Shown in pieces: positions 10,705 through 19,735 of a stretch of DNA of 19,735 bases (its first letter is position 1; every line of letters begins with the position of its first letter). The DNA comes from Octopus sinensis (taxonomy: Eukaryota). Under the pieces are notes generated by a model. It had not been told where the DNA came from. It was given only the letters and a program-made list of their open reading frames with translations, and did no database searches. Where the stretch lies: assembly GCF_006345805.1 (NCBI RefSeq), contig NW_021824059.1, positions 1 through 19,735 of the forward strand, written 5' to 3'. A program made the translations under genes and the position numbers.

Positions 10705-10872
10705 TTACTATAGGCTCAAGGCCTAAAATTTTGTGGGGAGGGGCTAATGCTACAATGCTTAACTGGTACTTATTTTATTGATCCCCAAATTTGAATTCAG
10801 AACGTAAACACGGACGAAATGCCACTAAGCATTTTGTCCGGCGTGCTAATGATTCTTCCTGCTCGTCACCTT
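10705..10872 (-). mobile_element. SINE family B with internal deletion
   Basis: aactggtacttattttatt, tttgaattcagaacgtaaacacggacgaaatgcc, aagcattttgtccggcgtgctaatgattc match family B. Confidence 0.8.
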
Positions 10873-10884
10873 CGAGAAAGGGAG

Positions 10885-10915
10885 GGTATGTGTGTGTGTG
10901 TGTGTATGTGTGTAA

Positions 10916-10973
<58 letters not shown>

Positions 10974-10990
10974 GAGAGAGAGAGGGAGAG
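10885..10990. repeat. (TG)n then (GA)n microsatellite
   Basis: Direct repeats. Confidence 0.95.
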
Positions 10991-11784
10991 GGCCTATATT
11001 GTTCAATATGTACTTCCTCTTTTTAAGATGTGAGTAATGATTTGAGGAAAATTTCACTTCTGTTTCTAGAAGGCTGATTAACCAGGCAGAGATTCACTAC
11101 GTAGTTGGTAGTCCTTAATGTGTTTTGTTTTTATTTCGGGTAAGGGAATGATGGTGAATAAATCTGGGTTGGTTTGAAGGTGAAAACATTATGGCGTAAA
11201 GTGTTTGTGTGCTGTGAATGTAATTTTGCTTTCTCTGGAGGATAAAAAACAAACAAACAATATTAATGAAAAATAAAATATAATCTCAAAAAAAAAACAA
11301 AAAAACAAACAACAACAACAACAAAAAGATTTTCTGCCGAGTCAAAAGAAGTCATTATTTAGAATTTTGATTTTGTGTTCGAGAAAAAAAAAAACCAAAC
11401 AAAAAAACGTAATAAATAAAAATATATATACATAATATATAAATAAAAATGAAAACAAAATAATAGAAAGTGCTTTTATTTCACATTTTAAACAGCACAT
11501 CAATATTTAATGCCATTAACCCTGTTTAAAATACCCGAAAAACCCAGTCTTTCTATGTTGATAATTTGGTTGTTTTATTGTTCTGTTTATTTTATTATCA
11601 ATTCTATTTTAATATCGATTTATATAAAACATATATAAAAGCAAAGAGAAGTACTTCGTTTATTGGTCAACAGATGCCGCTAATCCTCATTACTTTCATA
11701 GACTATTTATAAACAGTTTGAAAATAAAATCTCTGGAGCATTAGACATCACTGTACAACATTCAAAGAAGAATAGAAAATACAA

Positions 11785-12001
11785 ATACAAATACATACAT
11801 ACATACATACATACATACATACATACATACATTACATATACATAATGTATGTAAGTGTGTGTACGTGTGTATATATATATAAATATGAATATATTTAGAT
11901 ATGTAAATACATACGTCTAACCATACGTAGGTGTGTAATTGTGTATATTTACGATTTTAGTCATGTATCATCTATCTACCTATCCATCTATCTTCCTATC
12001 C

Positions 12002-12098
<97 letters not shown>

Positions 12099-12237
12099 AT
12101 ATCTATCTATCTATCTATCTGTCTGTCTGTCTGCCTGTCTGTCTGTCTGTCTGTCTGTATGCATGTGTGCATGTATTCATATACATATATGTACATACGC
12201 TATATGCGTACGTGTGTTTTGTTTATGTATATCTATA

Positions 12238-12280
<43 letters not shown>

Positions 12281-12517
12281 CATATATGTATTTATACATA
12301 TAAATATATAAATATGTATGTATCTATACATATATACATATGCATATATATATACATATATACATATGTATATTACATATATGTATATATACATATATAT
12401 ATATGTTATATATATAATATACATATATATATATGTATATATATATATACATATATAGATATGTATATATATATATACATATGTATATATATATTCATAT
12501 CAATACTCCTATATATA

Positions 12518-12563
<46 letters not shown>

Positions 12564-12668
12564 TTGTATATATATATATATACACATATATGCATGCACA
12601 TATATGTGTGTATGGCTGTGTATGTTTATATTTATGCCTGTGTGTATGTGTGTGTGTGTGTGTGTGTA
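11785..12668. repeat. Compound microsatellite field: (CATA)n, (TCTA)n, (TCTG)n, degenerate (TA)n, (TG)n
   Basis: Direct simple repeats throughout; source of the IYLS/YIYI ORFs. Confidence 0.92.
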
Positions 12669-12934
12669 AATAAGTTTTTTTTTCCAGGAATATAAACAGC
12701 GACTGAAGGAAGAGTATTTTACTAACGCTACCCACTTGTGCGTAATTTAAAGAATAGAATACATGACATAGTTTGTCGCGAAAGTAGTTTATGCTCCTCG
12801 GTGAAACGGTTGGTGTATGTGATTAAATTTCTGAGTGATTACCTTTGTATCTATGTTTGTGCGATTCTGTTTGTATGCGATTATGTGTGATTATTTTTCT
12901 ATGGCATGTGTGAGCGTGTTTGTGGATATCTTTT

Positions 12935-13142
12935 GTGTGTGTATGTGTGTGTATGTGAGTACGTGTGTACGTGTGTGTGTACGTGTGTGTGTATGTATGT
13001 ATGTATGTATGTATGTATGTATGTATGTATGTATGTATTATATATGTATGTATGTATGTATGTATTATGTATGTATGTATGTATGTATGTATGTATGTAT
13101 GTATGTATGTATGTATGTATGTATGTATTATGTATGTATGGT

Positions 13143-13174
<32 letters not shown>

Positions 13175-13233
13175 TTATGTATGTATGTATGTATGTATGT
13201 ATGTATGTATGTATGTATATGTATGTAGTATGT

Positions 13234-13265
<32 letters not shown>

Positions 13266-13372
13266 TGTATGTATGTATGTATGTATGTATGGTATGTATG
13301 TATGTATGTATGTATATATGTATGTATGTATGTATGTATCTATGTATGTATGTATATATGTATGTATGTATG

Positions 13373-13405
<33 letters not shown>

Positions 13406-13446
13406 TATATGGTGTATGTATGTATGTATGTATGTATGTATGTATG

Positions 13447-13480
<34 letters not shown>

Positions 13481-14202
13481 TGTATGTATGTATGTATGTA
13501 TGTATGTTGTATGTTGTATGTATGTATGTATGTATGTATGTATGTATGTATTATGTATATATGTATGTATGTATGATTGTATGTGTATTGTATGCGCGTG
13601 TGTGTATGATAATGTGTGTGCATGTGAGTGTGTGTGCTTGTGATTGTATTTGTCTGTGCATGCGTGTGTGTGTATGTGTGTGTATGTGAGTACGTGTGTA
13701 TGTGTGTGTATATGTCTGTATGTATTATGCGTGTGTATGTGTGTGTGTATATGTGTGTATGTATGTATGCGCGTGTGTGTGTGCCTAATAATGTGTGTGA
13801 ATGTGAGTGTGTGTGTGCCTGTGATTGTATTTGTCTGGGCATGCGAGTGTGTGTATATGTGTGTGTGTATGTATTTGTGTGCTTGGTGATTACGTGTCTC
13901 TGTGCAATTGTGTATGTGTGTGTGTTCGTGATAATGTTTGTGTGTGCATGTTTGTGCGTATATGTTTGTAATTATTTTGTTGAGTCTTTGTGTATGTGGT
14001 GTGTGTGTGTGTGTGTGTATATGTTTGAGATTATGTTGTGTGTGCTTGCGTATGTGTATGTATTTGTTTGCATGTATGTGTGATTATGTTTGTATGTGTA
14101 TGTGAGTGCGTGTTTGTATGGTTGCATGCGCGTGTCTGTATGATTATGTGTGTGTGTGTGTGTGTATGTGTGTGTGTATGAGTGTATGTATGCGTGTGTG
14201 TA
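12935..14202. repeat. Large (TATG)n array grading into degenerate (TG)n
   Basis: About 600 bp of TATG followed by TG-rich degenerate sequence; source of the YVCM ORFs. Confidence 0.95.
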
Positions 14203-14356
14203 CAAAATACCGTTTATACAATTCGTGGATTTTGACAGTTATGTCAGTCAGTTTCCTTCTTACTCTTTAAATATATGAAGGTGGTGTTGTTAGTGTTGTT
14301 GGTGTTGTTAGTATTATTCTTGTTTACATCCTGTCTGACATGTCGGAGTAGGGATA

Positions 14357-14769
14357 TACTCTTTACTCTCTCTTTTACTCTTTTACTTGTTTCAGTCATT
14401 TGACTGCGGCCATGCTGGAGCACCGCTTTTAATGGAGCAACTCGACACCGGGACTTATTCTTTTGTAAGCCCAGTACTTATTCTATCGGTCTCTTTTGCC
14501 GAACCGCTAAGTGACGGGGACGTAAACACACCAGCATCGGTTGTCAAGCAATGCTAGGGGGACAAACACAGACACACAAACATACACACGCATATATATA
14601 TATATACGACGGGCTTCTTTCAGTTTCCGTCTACCAAATCCACTCACAAGGTTTTGGTTGACCTGAGGCTATAGTAGAAGACACTTGCCCAAGGTGCCAC
14701 GCAGTGGGACTGAACCCGGAACCATGTGGTTGGTAAACAAGCTACTTACCACACAGCCACTCTTGCGCC
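14357..14769 (-). mobile_element. SINE family A, full length
   Basis: Reverse complement closely matches 18262-18643 from the head (ggcgcaagagtggctgtgtggtaag) to the tail (gtaaaagag repeats). Confidence 0.93.
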
Positions 14770-15110
14770 TATATGAGTAAATTTATTCCATCCATGACCA
14801 CCTAGACGTTTTAGGAGTGTATAGGTCTGCAGTATATAATGAGATCTATATTCTGTAAGATGACACAGCGATTTGTGAGAAATTTGATGGCCATTTCTAG
14901 TAGGTCATGCGTCCACTTATGCGGAACCATCATTAATAAACACACAGGTACTGTAAAACCTCGTATATGGAAGTGTGGCACGATGGAATGATCACGTGGG
15001 GGTGGCACAGTAAAATTGTTGTTTAAAACATGATTGGTTAATTCTCATCGATTTCTTGAGGATTATTCCTGCTAAACCGATGATTTGTCTTTCATCTCTA
15101 CAGACATATT

Positions 15111-15569
15111 GATGCAGGCGTGGGTGTGTGGTAAGAAGCTAGCTTCCAAACCACACGGTTTCGGGTTCGGTTCTGTTGCGTGACATTTGGGACAAGTGGC
15201 TTCCACTAACCTCGAGCCGACCAAAGCCTTGTGAGGGTATTTGATAGACGGAAACTGAAAGAAGCTTGTCGTGTATATGTATATATGTGTGTGTGTGTTA
15301 GTGTGTGTGTGCATGCGTGCGTGTATGTTTGTTTTTGTGTTTTGTGTGTGTGTGTGTGTGTATGTACGTCATTGTGTCTGTGTCTGTCCCACAGCACCAC
15401 TTGTCAACCGGTGTTGGTGTATTTACGTCCCCGTAATTTAGCGTTTCGGCAAAAGAAAACGATAGAAAAATTAAGTACCGGGATCGGTTCATTTGGCTAA
15501 AACTTTTTCAAGGCGGTGCCCTAGCATGGTCGCAGTCCAATGACTAAAACAAGTAAAAGATAGAAGATA
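15111..15569 (+). mobile_element. SINE family A, full length, more diverged, expanded internal (TG)n
   Basis: Head gatgcaggcgtgggtgtgtggtaagaagc, gacggaaactgaaagaagc, tagcgtttcggcaaaag, tail aagtaaaagatagaaga. Confidence 0.9.
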
Positions 15570-15591
15570 CACACACACACACAAACACATA

Positions 15592-15636
<45 letters not shown>
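15570..15636. repeat. (CA)n microsatellite
   Basis: Direct repeat. Confidence 0.95.
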
Positions 15637-15639
<3 letters not shown>

Positions 15640-16671
15640 GTGTTCTGTCTTGTAATTGATGGATCAGCAAAAAGTACTCCAGCCAGCGAGAAATATATAA
15701 TAAGCAGAGGATTTAAATGTGAGCTACTATAAGGAGTCTGAAAGATTACAGGGTAGAATACGGTGTGCTATGCAAGCTTATCCGAATTTTGTGACATTTG
15801 AACATTAAACTCATAGTGGTTCGCATTTAAATCTTGTGTTTATTAAACGACGTATGTATGCGTAATCATTATCGTCTCGTTATCATAATCGACATCATTA
15901 TTGCTGCTGTGCTTCCTTTGTATTATGTATGGCAAGGAAATAAAACAATCAAACAATTGTTCTGAAAACATAATGACCTTAACGTTCAGACTCTGCACTT
16001 AATCTCTTAATTCATAGCTTGAAGACAGTAGAAGAAGTGTATGAATGAAGAATCTCTTTCTTACATGAAACTAATACTGACCTGGGTATAAGTATTTGTG
16101 TTATTCCCATAAATAAGAAAAATATTTTTACACTGCAGCTAAATTGAGTTATTTAAATAATTGTTGACTAATATGAAACAATGCACATATGTTGGCTGAA
16201 CTGTCGCACTGACACAAAATTGACAACAATTAGCCACAGTGTTTGAAAACTGTTCCTAGGATAATAATTCAATATTGGCTACTCTGTTAAGAATATACAT
16301 ACACCACCAAACTGATCAATACTAGTCTACGACATAAGGAAGTAGAGGACGTTGTAAGAGGTAATCGTGGTAAAGAACTTACAATGGCAAGGATTCTTTC
16401 ACTGAAAGTAAACGGTACGAAATCAATACCAAGTGATATGTCCCTTGATTTGAGGATTGCACCCTTCGAGGCTGACATACTTGAGCTATTTGATCCCTTA
16501 AAATTCCTTTAGTACAGTCGGCCTTTCAAAAATAACTTGGCTTAGACAGTCAAATAGTCTGAGTCTGCGAAAGTCTAATAACCAACATGATGTTTATAAT
16601 AATAATAAATATAATAAAGTCTTAATAAAATACCGATAAGATATATAACTTCATAAATGAAGATAAGGATA

Positions 16672-16673
<2 letters not shown>

Positions 16674-16756
<83 letters not shown>
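16674..16756. repeat. (CA)n microsatellite inside the Penelope-like ORF remnant
   Basis: Direct repeat between NTDKIYNF-like and RVEC-like segments. Confidence 0.95.
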
Positions 16757-16760
<4 letters not shown>

Positions 16761-17589
16761 TCACAATAGATGAGAGTTGAGTGCCGAATTAAACGCAAAG
16801 CTTTTGCAACTTTAAATGCTTCCAAGGCCGATTTTATAAACAAGTCGAGTTGTAGGTCAAGAAATTCAGTTGGAACTGCGTTAGAACAAACCACATGAAG
16901 ATATTCAGAAGTATTAATATTAAGATTTGGAAGAATTCCAATCAACAAGAAAGAACTAACAGCATCTCAGTAATACCATGTTTCAGAAACATCTACAAGA
17001 AGTCTGCTAAATTCATTCAATTCAATTTTGTGGATTCTTACTTCCCTATTTCTAGATCCCTACTGATTACGGCTGTGGATTTTTCCATGTAATTTTGCAT
17101 TCATTGAAGAGTCAGGAATAGAACTCATTATACATACAAGTAAGACTCTACTCTTCGGAGTCGTGTCAATTTGAGTAAAAATATCTAATCTTATTGACGT
17201 ATTCAATACCCGAGTCACGACATCAGTCTATATACTGAGACGATGACTTATTGACTTCACATCTTACCGATGACCATACGTTTGATTGACTATTTCCACA
17301 AGAATCTAACCTTAATCGTTAACATCTTAGGCCTCAAGATTATTGTAGACGCTAATCTAATCAAGATTGACTTCTAATATGGCTCACTAGATCTAGAAAT
17401 AGGTATCTTTAAGCCCGTCTCCAAATCCAATAAACAACTAAAACATGTTAAGTTATTACCAGTCACTTTCCTAGCATTTTCCAAAACCTTGTCTCCTATG
17501 TGAGCTATAAGGTCTCTGATCTATCGTCTTTTAATGCTGACTTTAACAAAGCAATTCCTAACTATAACAAAACTCTCCTAAATAATTCA

Positions 17590-17793
17590 TTCTAATTTTG
17601 GCACAAGGACAGTAATTTTGAAAGGAGTTACAAGTCGACTAAATTGATCGCTGTGATCAACTGATACTTTATTTCATTGACCCTAAAGGCATAGTCAACC
17701 TCGGCACCGTTTGAACTCAGTGAATAAAGAGCAGGAAGAAATGTCATTAAGTATTTTTTCTAGCACGGTAACGGTTCTGCCAGCTCACTGCCT
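17590..17793 (-). mobile_element. SINE family B nested in the Penelope-like element
   Basis: ttctaattttggcacaagg, caactgatactttatttc, gtcaacctcggc, tttgaactcag, aacggttctgccagctcactgcct. Confidence 0.85.
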
Positions 17794-18261
17794 CAAAGAT
17801 CTCTCCCAAATAATGACCCTAAACAATAGATCGTATACATTCCGTTTACCCAAACCAAATAAACCTAAGAATAAGACTAGAAAACGTAAATGGTTCGCAA
17901 CGTTAAAAAAACTAAAATAGGTACAAAATTCCTGGGCCTTTTAGACAAACGTTTTTCCGGCACTACATCTTTAAGATAAAATCTTCAAACGGCGAACAGT
18001 GAAAATAAGCTACACCTATATTCTGAACATGAAATCATACCAATGGTAGATACAGGAAATATAAGGTATTTGCTCAGAAAGCAGGACAAATGTCCATTAG
18101 AACAAGTGTCTATCAAGCAAAAGTCACACAACGGTGCTGAATCAAATAATGGCGTAAAAAAGTGTTATGTCGTTTTGGCGGAGCGCTGATATAAACAAAA
18201 AGTTCATTTTTCATCTTCAATCTTCTTGATAACAGGGCAGCCAAAATATTCGTAGCTAACA

Positions 18262-18643
18262 GGCGCAGGAGTGGCTGTGTGGTAAGTAGCTTGCTAACCA
18301 GCCACATGGTTCCGGGTTCAGTCCCACTGCGTGGCATCTTGGGCAAGTGTCTTCTGCTATAGCCCCGGGCCGACCAATGCCTTGTGAGTGGAAACTGAAA
18401 GAAGCCTGTCGTATATATGTATATATATATGTATGTGTGTGTTTGTGTTTGTCCCCCTAGCATTGCTTGACAACCGATGCTGGTGTGTTTACGTCCCTGT
18501 CACTTAGCGGTTCGGCAAAAGAGACCGATAGAATAAGTACTGGGCTTACAAAGAATAAGACCCGGGGTCGATTTGCTCGACTAAAGGCGGTGCTCCAGCA
18601 TGGCCGCAGTCAAATGACTGAAACAAGTAAAAGAGTAAAAGAG
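18262..18643 (+). mobile_element. SINE family A, full length, nested in the endonuclease region, with TAACA TSD
   Basis: Head ggcgcaggagtggctgtgtggtaag, B-box-like gggttcagtccc, tail gtaaaagagtaaaagag; taaca at 18257-18261 and 18644-18648. Confidence 0.95.
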
Positions 18644-18907
18644 TAACATATAAACTTTGAAAGACAAATCAAATATAACGTTAAATGGAAATAGCTCGAT
18701 AGTCCAAAAGCATAAATTAATGGAAACATGAAGTACAAATTTAGTCTGAGAGTGTACAAATTCTACAAAAGCTCAGGCCTCATATGGGCGGGTGCATACT
18801 AATCAACCCGAAACCCAGCCTCTTGAGCGAAAACTAACTCCATGAAACACCAATGCGTCTTCGCATATGTTATGTTCTTTTTCTTACTCCATTCCTTATT
18901 TTTTCCA

Positions 18908-19412
18908 ATATCATCATCGTCATCATCGTTGTCGCCGTCATCATAATCATTGTCGTCATCATCATCCTCATTATCATCGTCGTCGTCATCATCACCATCG
19001 TCATCATAATCATCATCAACATTATCGTCATCGTCGTAGTCGTTATCATAATCATTGTCGTCATCATCATCATTGTTGTCGTCCTTATCACCATCGCCAT
19101 CGTCATCATCATCATCATCATTATCATCATAGTTATCATCGTCGTCGTCGTCATCGTCGTCGTCATCATCGTCGTCGTCATCATCATCGTCAGCATCATC
19201 GTCGTCATCATGATAATCATGGTCATCATGATGATGATCACATGATGATGATCATCATGATCATCATGATCATGGTCATCTTCATCATCATAGTTATCAT
19301 TGTCGTCATCATCATCATCATCGTCAGCATCATCGTCGTCCTCCTCCTCATCATCATTGTCGTGGCCTTCGTCGTCACCATCATCATCATCATAATCATC
19401 ATCATCGCCATC
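18908..19412. repeat. Degenerate (CAT/CGT)n trinucleotide array
   Basis: About 500 bp in constant triplet phase; gives poly-H/R, poly-I/V and poly-D/M ORFs on both strands. Confidence 0.93.
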
Positions 19413-19735
19413 TTCGTTTCGATTTATATACATAGTACAAGAGAGTCTGTTTACTCAATCAAACGGTACTAGAACTGCAAAAGAACAACAGCAGCAACAA
19501 CAACATCAACAACAGAACGACAACAAAAATTATATGGAAGACAAACATGATAATAAAATATCACATCATACAAGAGCGATACGGGCGATATCTTTAAAAC
19601 ACATAAAAAGATCTTTCAAAGACAAGCGTCGATTCCCATTTCAATGACAAATTTAATACCATTATCCGGTGCAAAACATGTGTGTAGGTGGTGTCAAGTC
19701 TTAATCCACTTCAGAATTCACTATATCTATCGTCA

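Larger units (their letters stand above)
16290..18850 (+). mobile_element. Decayed Penelope-like retroelement (RT plus C-terminal GIY-YIG endonuclease pseudogene)
   Basis: Colinear motifs across stops and frameshifts: APFEADILELFDPLKF (~16459), RVECRIKRKAFATL (~16773), KFIQFNFVDSYFPISRSLL (~17009, RT motif A), IELIIHTSKTLLF, a YRDD-like remnant ctata-tactga-gacgatgactta (~17228-17250), LGLKIIVDANLIKIDF*YGSLDLEIGIFKP, SHFPSIF..FNKAIPNYNKTL, KTRKRKWF, KIGTKFLGLLDKRF, KIFKRRTVKISY, DKCPLE, YQAKVT..KKCYV (GIY-YIG-like), LKDK..YNVKWK. Confidence 0.88.

Noticed and set aside
14780-15075. Non-repetitive island between two SINEs with short open frames
   Set aside because: No recognisable protein motif or convincing splice-site pair in any frame.
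16378-16522. Apparent - strand exon (ADCTKGILRDQIAQ...) with a strong gtaagt donor
   Set aside because: It is antisense to the Penelope-like ORF remnant, which explains the open frame.
16622-16948. - strand ORF MLIGILPNLN...
   Set aside because: Antisense shadow of the Penelope-like RT region running into a (TG)n repeat.

Overview
AT-rich, microsatellite-saturated eukaryotic (metazoan) DNA. The SINE families resemble those I recall from octopus genomes, so the source is probably an octopod cephalopod (inference). Almost every ORF in the supplied track is a translation of simple repeats. Supported content: (1) many tRNA-headed SINE copies from several families; (2) a decayed, near full-length Penelope-like retroelement (RT plus C-terminal GIY-YIG endonuclease, + strand, ~16.3-18.85 kb) interrupted by two SINEs and a (CA)n tract; (3) a 546-bp partial tandem repeat (2850-3720) with a minimal hammerhead-ribozyme-like motif in each unit on the - strand; (4) a 400-bp insertion with a 13-bp target-site duplication that joins a tRNA-like Pol III head to a degenerate hammerhead of the same design and is internally inverted; (5) a 103-bp foldback (MITE-like) element; (6) a candidate - strand spliced gene segment at 8431-9319 with four in-phase exons, one a 14-nt micro-exon. 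The most interesting signal is the co-occurrence of Penelope-type machinery, tandem loopless-stem-III hammerheads and a hammerhead-carrying SINE. Coordinates were read by eye; repeat boundaries are approximate.
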